Part shown: positions 20,881 through 30,300 of the stretch, piece by piece | Layout: every line of letters starts with the position of its first letter | Numbering within the stretch: the stretch's first letter is position 1 | From: Candidatus Obscuribacteraceae bacterium | GTDB lineage: Bacteria > Cyanobacteriota > Vampirovibrionia > Obscuribacterales > Obscuribacteraceae | NCBI GenBank assembly: GCA_044226015.1 | Contig: JBGAHS010000007.1 | Location: 384,001-448,000 of the forward strand | Length of the DNA stretch: 64,000 nt | Direction: 5' to 3' | Program-made: the position numbers and the translations under genes | The notes under the pieces: model-generated | Databases searched by the model: none | What the model was told of the DNA's origin: nothing | Seen by the model: the letters and a program-made list of their open reading frames with translations, nothing else

Positions 20881-23241
20881 ATGGTTGACGACAAACTCGA
20901 CGTAAATGAACAGGCAAAAAATCTGGGACTTCGAAGTGCCAGTGAACTGCTTAGCCATGAAGCAGAAGTGCTGCGCATGGACGGTTATCTGGGAAAAGGT
21001 CAGAGAATAGCCGTTACCACATATGAGGGTGTGTTGAACACGCCTCAGGGAGTTCTGAACTCGGTCAATCATTTCGTTCAGAATCCGATGGACATCGCCA
21101 AAACTGTAGGCGGCTCAGCTCTAGTCGCTGCTACCTTGAAGACAGTTCTACCTGAAGCCGGACCCGTAGGAAAAGTTGCAGCTGGTGTGATGGGAGCCTG
21201 GTTCATTGCAGAGACAGCGCCGGCTTTTATCAACAGCTACAAAATCGGACTAAATGCTAACAATTGGAAAGAACTCCATGCTTCCGGTAAACAATGGGGT
21301 GATGCAGCCGGACACCTTGCCGTCAGTTCCGGTTTGGGTGTGGTAGGTTTCAAGATTGGTTCTGGTATTTCGGGGCGAGTACTTTCTAGTGCTCGGATGG
21401 ATGGATTTGCAGATCTAAAGCAAAATTTTTGGGACGCAGCTACCGACAAGAGCAAAATGCTCCTCGGCTTAAAGACTGAGATACCGACTGCCTCTGAAGT
21501 CGGATTGAGAGCTAACTATGTAGCAGAAGGTGAAACTGCAAAGCTGGTTGATAGTATTGCGCCAACTCCGGCGGGCGAAAAAATTGGACCTACGAACCCG
21601 CAAGTTGATATGACCGCTACTGTGTTGCTCAAGAGTAAAGCTTCTGTTTTGCGGATGGATCGCTATATTCAACGAATGTCCGAAGGCAGAGAAGTGGCTC
21701 TGACAGATGTCGGAAACGCTTTCGAAAATAGGTTTGGAGCCAAAGCTGAATCACTTGAAGCCGTTAAGAGCTTCGCCGAAAAAAACAATCTAGCTGTTAT
21801 GGAGTCCGACTTGCGCTCTGGTCGGGTTTTGCTTTCGGGAAAATCCGGAGACTTTCAAAAAGCTTTTGATGTCGAGCTTCATGATTATGCGACCAGCAAC
21901 GGCGTTGTAAGCTCACACGCTGGAGCTATCGGATTGCCTAAAGATATCGCACCACATGTACGTGCTGTCTTTGGTGTAGATCAACGCATCGCAGCAAGTT
22001 CCAACTACAAGGTTCAGGTGCTAGCCGAAGAGGCCGCAGCTGCCGAGGCCAATCAAGCTATTGCGCCGGTGAGCCATGATGAATTCATGAAACTGGGGGG
22101 CTATCGAGCCACTGATATAGCGCATGCTCAGAACATTCCTCTTCGTACGGGTGGCGAAGGTCAACACGGTGCCTTTATAAGTGTCGGTGGCGGAATCGAC
22201 TTGCACGACTATAACCTCTTTTTTGCCAAGCATGGGCTTGAACAGCCGAAGCCTCTTCGCATCATCGAGGTCGATGGTGCCAAGAACTCACCGGGAAACC
22301 CTCACATCGGCGATACCGAGAATGCACTGGACGGATTGCAGCTTCAGTCGATAGCGCCCAAAGCTGAGATAAGCATGATACTCGGTCCTAACAATAATAA
22401 GGGACTGCTTGATGTATTTGAACGGTCTATTTTTCCTCGAAATGGTGAGCCACAAATTACTGTAGTAAGCGCTAGCTGGGGGCTAGCCGAACACATTCAA
22501 ACTACCCAGGCTGTTAATGCTCTTTCCATTACTTTTCGCCAGGCTGCAATTCGCGGAGTGCAGGTATTTGCTGGTGCTGGAGATAACGGTGCCAGGGCGC
22601 TTGCACCGACCTATCAACCTGAATATCCAGCGTCCGACCCCAATGTGGTTGGAGTTGGTGGCATGAAAACAGTGCTTAATAACGAAGGCAAATTCGCTAG
22701 TATTAGCGCATGGAATGAAGGTGAAAATAGCTCCACGGGTGGTGGCGTCAGCAAGATCTTCCGCTTGCCGAGATGGCAGAAAGATGTGGGAGTTCCACCA
22801 AATATTGATACCGGACGGGTTGGACGTGGCGTTCCAGACATTTCAACGAATGCTGCCAAAGCAACAGGATATCCGGTCAGAGTTGGTGGACAGGACATAG
22901 TAATCGGTGGTACCAGTGCTGGTGCACCTCTTTATGCTGGAATGATGTTAAACCTTAACGCAGAACTGGCTATGGTTAATATAAAACCTATCACTCCGCT
23001 GAATCCCTGGATGTACGCCCGTGCAAAATCGGGAATCTTCAACGATGTCACAGTTGGTTCTAACAACGGTTATTTCTCTAAGGAAGGTTGGGACCCAGTT
23101 ACTGGCTTGGGCTGGGTAGATGGCGTCAAAATGCTAGAAGCCATGAAAGCTGACCAGACAGCAAACTTTGGCAAAGTGATTCCTTTTCTGCCAGTATCCA
23201 ATATACAACCATTCGAAAATAAAGCTGCCGTTGCTCAGTAG
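20881..23241 (+). CDS. S53 family (sedolisin/kumamolisin-like) peptidase with pro-domain and ~200-aa hydrophobic N-terminal extension
   Basis: Catalytic ExxxD (ENALD, ~22318), SASWG, oxyanion AGDNG, GRGVPD, GGTSAGAP (Ser nucleophile, ~22915) and the Ca-site GWDPVTGLG are all present. A pro-kumamolisin-like segment (FAEKNNL...LSG...FQKAF) precedes them. Confidence 0.93.
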   Translation: MVDDKLDVNEQAKNLGLRSASELLSHEAEVLRMDGYLGKGQRIAVTTYEGVLNTPQGVLNSVNHFVQNPMDIAKTVGGSALVAATLKTVLPEAGPVGKVAAGVMGAWFIAETAPAFINSYKIGLNANNWKELHASGKQWGDAAGHLAVSSGLGVVGFKIGSGISGRVLSSARMDGFADLKQNFWDAATDKSKMLLGLKTEIPTASEVGLRANYVAEGETAKLVDSIAPTPAGEKIGPTNPQVDMTATVLLKSKASVLRMDRYIQRMSEGREVALTDVGNAFENRFGAKAESLEAVKSFAEKNNLAVMESDLRSGRVLLSGKSGDFQKAFDVELHDYATSNGVVSSHAGAIGLPKDIAPHVRAVFGVDQRIAASSNYKVQVLAEEAAAAEANQAIAPVSHDEFMKLGGYRATDIAHAQNIPLRTGGEGQHGAFISVGGGIDLHDYNLFFAKHGLEQPKPLRIIEVDGAKNSPGNPHIGDTENALDGLQLQSIAPKAEISMILGPNNNKGLLDVFERSIFPRNGEPQITVVSASWGLAEHIQTTQAVNALSITFRQAAIRGVQVFAGAGDNGARALAPTYQPEYPASDPNVVGVGGMKTVLNNEGKFASISAWNEGENSSTGGGVSKIFRLPRWQKDVGVPPNIDTGRVGRGVPDISTNAAKATGYPVRVGGQDIVIGGTSAGAPLYAGMMLNLNAELAMVNIKPITPLNPWMYARAKSGIFNDVTVGSNNGYFSKEGWDPVTGLGWVDGVKMLEAMKADQTANFGKVIPFLPVSNIQPFENKAAVAQ

Positions 23242-23256
23242 TTTGCGCATTTAGTA

Positions 23257-23348
23257 TCCACATTCCGGCACTTTCGTGGAGCCACAGTCCGGCATTTTCG
23301 GGGCGCCACATTCCGACACCTCGGGGATCCACAAACCGCACTAACTGG
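23257..23348 (+). repeat. Four imperfect tandem copies of a ~24-bp unit (CCACA.TCCG.CA...)
   Basis: CCAC starts at 23258, 23282, 23306 and 23329. The units read ccacattccggcactttcgtgga / ccacagtccggcattttcggggc / ccacattccgacacctcgggga / ccacaaaccgcac. Confidence 0.75.
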
Positions 23349-23429
23349 TACAGAAATAAAGAAAAGTTGATCACTTTTTGTCTACAAGGCTCAATTATGT
23401 TGCTCCCTAGTGCCGCTGAAAGTCATTGC

Positions 23430-23449
23430 TGATACCTGATTTGGTATCA
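23430..23449. promoter_or_regulatory. Inverted repeat TGATACC-N6-GGTATCA upstream of pirin, candidate operator
   Basis: Perfect 7-bp dyad about 80 nt upstream of the pirin start. Its function is inferred from position only. Confidence 0.4.
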
Positions 23450-23530
23450 AGGCATTGCATGCCTGACAGATTATGCGACTTCGTATACTCGAATTAGTAG
23501 AAGATTAGCCGAGAAAGCAAGGAGGCAAAA

Positions 23531-24223
23531 ATGCTCACACTGAGAGCTTCAGCAGAGCGCGGTAGCACGAAACTTGACTGGCTGGATAGCCGACATACGT
23601 TTTCTTTCGATCAGTACCGTGATCCCAAGCACATGCAATTTGGTGCTCTGCGCGTCATTAATGAAGACTGGATAGAACCTGGCGGTGGCTTTGGTACTCA
23701 TCCGCACCGAGATATGGAAATTATAACTTATGTCATACAGGGAAAACTCAGACACCAAGACAGCCTTGGAAATGGTTCTGTGATTTCTCCCGGTGAGATT
23801 CAAAAGATGTCTGCTGGCACGGGGATTCTGCATAGTGAATTCAATGCTTCAGATTCAGAACCTGTGCATCTGTTGCAAATCTGGATAGTTCCAGAAAAAC
23901 GCGGACTATCTCCATCCTATGAACAAGAGTCATTCCACCTCGTGGAAAACGAGTGGAAGCTACTGGGTGCCGCTGATGGCACGGGACTGGTCAGTATTCG
24001 GCAGAACGTCAAACTGTTCGGACTCTCAACAAGTGTTAGCTCTAGTGTAGAGTTCACTCCAGATAAACACTCACAGCAGTGGATTCAAATAATCAAAGGC
24101 GAGTGTGTAATTAACGGTACTAGAGTGCAGAGTGGAGATGGACTTGCTGTCCGCAGCGACGCTCCGTTGCGAATAGATTCGTTTTCTCAAACGGAACTTC
24201 TTCTGTTCGAACAAACAATCTAG
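23531..24223 (+). CDS. Pirin family bicupin (YhhW-like, quercetin 2,3-dioxygenase-like)
   Basis: SRHTFSF, LRVINED, GFGTHPHRDMEIITYV, MSAGTGILHSEFN and LLQIW motifs. GGAGG RBS. Confidence 0.95.
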   Translation: MLTLRASAERGSTKLDWLDSRHTFSFDQYRDPKHMQFGALRVINEDWIEPGGGFGTHPHRDMEIITYVIQGKLRHQDSLGNGSVISPGEIQKMSAGTGILHSEFNASDSEPVHLLQIWIVPEKRGLSPSYEQESFHLVENEWKLLGAADGTGLVSIRQNVKLFGLSTSVSSSVEFTPDKHSQQWIQIIKGECVINGTRVQSGDGLAVRSDAPLRIDSFSQTELLLFEQTI

Positions 24224-24399
24224 CTGACCTAGCGAAGAAAGCCAGTCATCCAGAGCAAAAGAATTACGCCTGATGGTACGCCGAATAACCACAGTAGAAA
24301 TGCTTTTCCCATGATTTGAACTCCTCTAATTGATGTGACATGCTCGGGACGCGAGAAGGAGTTTGAAAGTTCCATTGGTGAAATTAGTCGTAGGTGCAG

Positions 24400-24421
24400 T
24401 CGGGCTCACACCGGCTTTTTG
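24400..24421 (+). terminator. Possible intrinsic terminator downstream of pirin
   Basis: AGTCGG-N7-CCGGCT stem (one G-U pair) followed by TTTT, between convergent genes. Confidence 0.4.
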
Positions 24422-24449
24422 CAGTAGTTGCTCATTTCAAATCATCGAG

Positions 24450-25397
24450 CTAGCGTTTGCACAAAGCGAAAATCGCTATCTCTAGAGTGAAGAGTAAAAT
24501 CAGCACAACAGAGCCTCTGTAGGTGGCTAACTTGTCGTTCTTGTCAGGATAAAGCCATCTTCTGAACCAACCTACAAAAGCGGGCATAGTAATAAACGAA
24601 GTACACGCTACGCTTCCGACAAGATTCACAAACGTTCTCAGAGTTGATTCCATTCCTTGCATAAGTGGCGCAACAAACATAATTTGAAGCATGACGACGG
24701 GAAACAATCCAAGCAAAACAAGCAAAGCCGTTTTCCAATTTGGCGGTGAATTTCCCTCCGCATCAGTAGGAATCCAACCAGGGAATGCACCGAAAACTCG
24801 ATGAATTCTCTGTTTCTCAATTAGCTCCGCTGACTCAGATACAAGTTCCTTCCTCACTTCCGAATCAAACCAGCTATCCATACTCGCCGGTGAATCAAAG
24901 CGCAAGAGCGTCGACCACTGATTGACTCTTCCGGGCACCGGCGGCTGAAGGTAAATTGATCTATAACCTGGGTGCCGTACTTGGGCCGCCTGAATCCGTG
25001 TAACCCAATTGAAATACTCTTCCTGCATTTCAGGGCGTACTTCTGTAATAATGGCTGTGGAAACATCAGAGTCGACGGCTTGAGTCACCACATCTTCAAT
25101 ATCGACATCATGATCTTGAACACTCTGTTTTAGAACATCCAGTAGTTCTATTCGTTCTATTGAATTTTGCCAATTTCTCGTTTCAGGTTCTGTACTGAAC
25201 CTCTGTACGAGGCGCCATCTTCCTAATTTGTCGTCCTTTGGGGAGATAAGTTCTGCGCTCCAGAAGCCCGGAAACTTTGCTCCTTTCATCATTAGCTCGA
25301 CCAGTTTGGTTGTGAAACTCTCCGATTCAATGCCATGAGGCGAAACAATTATCGTCTCAAGTGCGCAAACATCCGAAGCCTTTGGGGTGAAAGTCAT
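24450..25397 (-). CDS. Tandem antibiotic-biosynthesis-monooxygenase (ABM)-like domains plus C-terminal transmembrane helices
   Basis: Two ABM-like halves (FPGF...RF...W.NS.ER and HPGY...LRFDS...W..SEVR), then PPNWKTALLVLLGLFP and about three TM segments. Confidence 0.85.
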   Translation of the reverse strand: MTFTPKASDVCALETIIVSPHGIESESFTTKLVELMMKGAKFPGFWSAELISPKDDKLGRWRLVQRFSTEPETRNWQNSIERIELLDVLKQSVQDHDVDIEDVVTQAVDSDVSTAIITEVRPEMQEEYFNWVTRIQAAQVRHPGYRSIYLQPPVPGRVNQWSTLLRFDSPASMDSWFDSEVRKELVSESAELIEKQRIHRVFGAFPGWIPTDAEGNSPPNWKTALLVLLGLFPVVMLQIMFVAPLMQGMESTLRTFVNLVGSVACTSFITMPAFVGWFRRWLYPDKNDKLATYRGSVVLILLFTLEIAIFALCKR

Positions 25398-25575
25398 GAT
25401 TTCCGTGTCCAGTTAGACCATCGAATTATAGCCAGGATAAGACCTATTATTGAAGTCTCAAAAAATGAAGTTCTTGAAAACGAGAGCAGTGCTGAAGAAA
25501 GTAGTTGTTCCATTAAATTGGTTTATAAGCAGTTGTAATTAGCGGTAAAATTAGACCTCCCCACGGAGAGCGAGC

Positions 25576-26571
25576 ATGGAATTCAGGCAACTTGGCAGCA
25601 GTAAGGTCAAGGTATCCAAAATCATTTTTGGTGCATGGGCTATTGGCGGTTGGATGTGGGGCGGCACCGAAGAGAAAGATGCGATTGAAGCTATTCACAC
25701 TGCTATAGACGGCGGTTGCACCTCAATAGATACTGCGGCCGTTTATGGTTACGGTTACAGCGAGGAACTTGTCGCAAAAGCGATTAAGGGGAAGCGTGAC
25801 AAGGTTCAACTTTTGACGAAATTTGGTTTGCGTTGGGATTCGAAAGAAGGCGAACATTTTTTTGATTGGGAAGATGACGAAGGCAAAAAAAATATCTATC
25901 GAAATGCTCGCAAAAAGAGCATCATCAAAGAATGCGATGATAGCTTACGCCGATTACAGACTGACCACATCGACCTTTATCAATGTCACTGGCGTGATCC
26001 ATCCACCCCGCTAGATGAAACAATGGATGCTCTCAATACTTTAATCAAGCAGGGGAAGATTCTTGCTGCTGGCGTTAGCAATTTCAGCCGAGACGAGATC
26101 GAAGTTTCAAGCAAGCTTTGTTCAATCGCCTCTAATCAACCGCCTTACAGTATGGTTCTGCGCGATATCGAAAACGATATTCTTCCTTATTGCAGATATC
26201 AAAACATTGGCATTATTGTCTATAGCCCGTTGCAGAGAGGGCTTTTGACCGGCAAGTTCAAGCCAGATGTTCAGTTCAAGCCGGGAGATCATCGGGCAAA
26301 TCAATCTTTCTTCAAGCCAGAGAATATCAAAAGAACAAACGAGTTTCTAAGTAAGATTCGTCCGATTGCTGATGACTACAAAGCTACACTCGCACAGCTA
26401 GTTATTGCATGGACCGTTGCCCAACCTGGTGTGACAGCCGCTATTGTTGGAGCCCGCGATGCGGCACAGATGCTAGAGAATCTTGGTGCACAACATGTGA
26501 ATTTGAGTGCTGTGGAAATTGCTGAAATTGATAAGCACCTGCAGTCACTACAGCTGGTGGCAAGTAAGTAG
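25576..26571 (+). CDS. Aldo/keto reductase
   Basis: GAWAIGG, IDTAAVYG..SEE, TKFG, SLRRLQTDHIDLYQCHW, GVSNF, YSPLQRGLLTGK motifs. Confidence 0.96.
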   Translation: MEFRQLGSSKVKVSKIIFGAWAIGGWMWGGTEEKDAIEAIHTAIDGGCTSIDTAAVYGYGYSEELVAKAIKGKRDKVQLLTKFGLRWDSKEGEHFFDWEDDEGKKNIYRNARKKSIIKECDDSLRRLQTDHIDLYQCHWRDPSTPLDETMDALNTLIKQGKILAAGVSNFSRDEIEVSSKLCSIASNQPPYSMVLRDIENDILPYCRYQNIGIIVYSPLQRGLLTGKFKPDVQFKPGDHRANQSFFKPENIKRTNEFLSKIRPIADDYKATLAQLVIAWTVAQPGVTAAIVGARDAAQMLENLGAQHVNLSAVEIAEIDKHLQSLQLVASK

Positions 26572-26620
26572 TTTATTTTTGGAACTCAATTTGTTTAGCT
26601 ATTTATCGTAATTCCATTTT

Positions 26621-27280
26621 ATGAGCAGCGATAAAGTCATTAATATGGAACCAATGTGGCCTTCGCTGGTGAGTTTAGCCGCTGCTGCGAGCTTATATGT
26701 TGCAATGCCAGATAGACTCACCTTGTTTGGACCGCCCTGGACGCTTCTGGCGGTAATTGTGAGCCTATTTATTCCAGCTGAAGTCGCGCATAAATTAGGC
26801 AAACATGCCGTTTGTCGCGTTGTTAGCTACATCTCGCTGTCTTTGATAACTTTCTCGATGATCTCATCTGTTTGCTTACATGTGCTTGCTATTGTGCATA
26901 AGACATTGCCGCCTGATAGATTGTTGCACTCAGCCATAATTCTATGGGCAACCAACATTCTTGTTTTTGCCGGTTGGTATTGGCGCCTCGATGCAGGTGG
27001 ACCCCACCAACGAAGTCAGCGTTCGGGTCATACATATGGTGCGTTCTACTTTCCGCAAATGAGTTTCTCGTCTGAAGACAAGGAATTAGTTTCTGCTTAT
27101 GCAAACTGGTCTCCACAGTTTATTGATTACGTCTTTCTTTCCTTCAATACGAGCACCGCTTTATCACCTACGGATGTTCCAGTTCTCTCGAGATGGGCGA
27201 AAGTACTGATGATGATACAGTCTAGCCTTTCACTCACCATCGTGGTGCTTCTGGCGGCTCGAGCCGTGAATATACTCTGA
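26621..27280 (+). CDS. Membrane protein, DUF1345-like
   Basis: Several TM helices and a C-terminal FxFPQ...P.FIDY.FLSFNTSTALSPTD...R.AK.LM.IQS motif. Confidence 0.7.
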   Translation: MSSDKVINMEPMWPSLVSLAAAASLYVAMPDRLTLFGPPWTLLAVIVSLFIPAEVAHKLGKHAVCRVVSYISLSLITFSMISSVCLHVLAIVHKTLPPDRLLHSAIILWATNILVFAGWYWRLDAGGPHQRSQRSGHTYGAFYFPQMSFSSEDKELVSAYANWSPQFIDYVFLSFNTSTALSPTDVPVLSRWAKVLMMIQSSLSLTIVVLLAARAVNIL

Positions 27281-27312
27281 GACTAGCGAATTTAAGAGTG
27301 GCGAAACTGGGA

Positions 27313-30300
27313 CTAGCGGGCGAGTTTTCCTTCGAACTGTCCGCTCATGGTTTTCTCTTTACCATTGGCGTCTTGTCCTGAATAGCGCCATATGCCCGAC
27401 ATTAACATTGCCGGTCCCGCACCTGGTTCGTTGTAGATCGAGAGCTTGCCCGAGTATACGATGCGTTTACTAATTGCAACTCCATTTCGCACATAGAGTT
27501 TGTCAAAGGTTATGATATCGCCCTGTCGAACGCCTTTGATTTGGAATGCACCACTGCTATCTGTGCCAGAGCCCCGCAGGTTTACACCATCCTGCTTAAT
27601 TTGTATGGCACCATATCCGGTGCTTCCCGTGGGGTTCTGATATCCATAGTCCCATTTGCCTGTCATGCTAGTAGTTTCAACTTTCATAAGCGCTTGCGGG
27701 CGCGGATTAGGCTTTTGCATGGGTTGTGCTGGTGTCGACTGTGCTTGCTGCATGGGCTGTGCCGGCATCTGCTGCATGGGCTGTGCCGGCATCTGCTGCA
27801 TGGGTTGCGCCGGCATTTGTTGCATGGGCTGTGCCGGCATCTGCTGCATGGGTTGCGCCGGCATCTGTTGCATGGGCGGTGCTGGCATTTGTTGCATTGG
27901 CTGTGTCGGCATCTGCTGCATTGGCATCTGCTGCATTGGCAGTGTCGGCATTTGCTGCATGGGTTGCGCCGTATGGCTGTTTTGCACCATATTCAAGCCA
28001 GCGCCTGCCTGAGGAGTTCCATTCGCTACGTCGAGCAAGTTTGGTGTCTCTCCCGTCGAATTTGATCCAATCGGGGCTACTTCAGCGGGACCCGTGGTGC
28101 CATTGTTCGCTGTCTGAGTTCCTTCGCGAACAGTTGCTTGTGTAGACGCCTGTTCTGATGGTGTTACGTCCGAGGGTGATGGTGCTCCTTTACCAGCTAC
28201 AGCTGGTTTATCCTTAACAGACGTAAGTCCAGTTGGTACTCGAAGAAGCATTATGCCGGCTAGAAATGCAAACGCACCAGTCGCGATGACCAGCGGCAGC
28301 ACCACTTTTTTGAATGCGTTAGCTGGCGGTTTATTTTGTTTTTCAGGTTGTTTGCTCAAAAGAGGTGACCTTAAACCCTCTGAACCTGAGGCGCCTTCAT
28401 TCGGTGTCTTGTCTGGAGCGCTGTCGTAAGGGAAAATTCTAGAGTTGGATGCGCGAGGGCTAAGTTGGTTAGCCGATGATTGCTGATTGGGCTCAGTGAG
28501 CCTTCCATCATGGGCTGCATCATTCATAGCCGAAGCACCATCTGGAGAGGAATTAAGATGCCCTGAGCTAACCTCAACATCCATGTTGAATATACCGCCA
28601 GTTGTTTTCCTCATCTCGCTGTTATTTGGTGGTGAAAATGATTGGTTTCTTCCACTGCTAATCTGATTTTCAAACTTACCCGACGTTGTTTGAGAGCTTT
28701 CCGCAGTAAAGTCACGATTGCCTGAGGAGCTCTGCATGTCTCTTCGCAACTTTTGTTGCTCACTGGTTTGATATAAATCATCTTGTTGATCATCAACAGC
28801 TTCCTTTGATGTTGGATCATTGGATGTGGTCGCCCTATAGGAGCCTGAGCCTGTTTGAGGGTCGGCTTGCGAATTGAAGGTTCCCGTTCCGAATTTTTCA
28901 ATGTCTGGTGAACTATAGTAGTTGTCTCCAGCCTTAATCAAACTATCTTGTTTTGCTCCAAATAGAGTATCTGTAGAATTGGATTTCGAGGCAACTTTGT
29001 CGATGGATGAGTTTGTATCTCGTGGTGTTGCCTGTGGTGCTGGCTGCTCGAAACTCTGAACATGCTGATTTGCCATGCTTGATTCGAAATTAGTGTCTTT
29101 TACAGACTCCATCGTCACCGCACCAAAAGCTGCCTGCCTATCAGAATTTTGCATTCTGAAGCTACCAGAAGCCGTTTGTTCGATCTGCTCTGTGCTGGTG
29201 CTTGCATTGCTTATCTGTTCAGCAAGCATACCTTGCGAACCAGAGCTGTGTAGGTTTGCGTGCATTTGCTCAAGAGAGTTAGCAGATGCTGGGTCAAATT
29301 CGACCGAATATTCAGGACCGCTTTCCATATTGGACGAGTCGAAGAGCTGGTCCATAAATTTGGATATCAACGCTTCTCCGGTTACTTCTGGTGCAGCTGA
29401 TGCTTGCTCTACTTGTGTTGTTTCAGGCTCCTCGTGCTGCTGTTCAGGCTCCTCGTGTTGTTGTTCAGGCTCCTCGTGTTGTTGTTCAGGCTCCTCGTGT
29501 TGTTGTTCAGGCTCCTCGTACTGCTGTTCAGGATGCTCTTTTAGTTCGGGATTCATGCCTGTTGCAGTAGCAAATTCGCCGTGCTCGCCCTCAACTTCCA
29601 TTTTGATTTGTTCGTACTCAGCTCTCTGAAGCTCAAATTCCCTCAGTTGCGCCAGGTACTCCGCACGCTCCTCTTCGCTGAGATTCTGCAACTCAGGGTC
29701 ATTCTCGTCGATTGCATGTGTAATGGTTTCGGCCTGGTGGCTCTCCAATTCAGCTTGCTGACGCTCAAATTCAACGCGTGCAGCTTGCTGGCGCTCAAAT
29801 TCAAGGCGCTCAGCTTGTTGACGCTCTAACTCCGCTCGCTCAGCTTGTTGGCGCTCATCCTCAGCTCTTTCAGTTTGCTGGCGCTCATATTCCGCTTGCT
29901 GCTTCTCATACTCTGCCTGCTGTTTTTCATACTCTGCTTGTTGTTTTTGGTATTCTGCCAACTTGCGTTCGTATTCTCTTTGCTGGCGCTCATATTCCGC
30001 TCGTTCTAATTCCTCACGTTGAATCTCAGCGGGACTCAAACCTGCTTCGTTTGTGGAGTTGCGAGGCTGATCGTTGTGATTCTGATAATGTTGCTGCCGA
30101 GCCAGTTCAGCACGCTCGCGTCTGCGCCGTTCGTATTCTTGCTGTTGTTCTTCAAACTCGGCTTGCTCTCGTTGCTGACGCTCAAGTTCCTGTTGCCGCT
30201 TTTCCTTTTCTCTGACTGCTCTTGCTGCTTGTTCATCATCATTTTGTTTTGGCGGCTGAGGGGGTGCTGGAGCTGCCTTTCCATTTTTTACACCAGTCAA

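Noticed and set aside
23257..23348. CRISPR array
   Set aside because: The units are contiguous and degenerate, with no unique spacers and no cas genes.
27541..28145. Cys-rich (CCMGCAGI)n and His-rich (HLLHGLCR)n ORFs that look like metallothionein or RiPP precursors
   Set aside because: They are antisense readings of the PMQQMPAQ minisatellite in the long minus-strand CDS.
29075..29629. ORF with SSCCCSG repeats
   Set aside because: It is the antisense of the EQQHEEP repeat.
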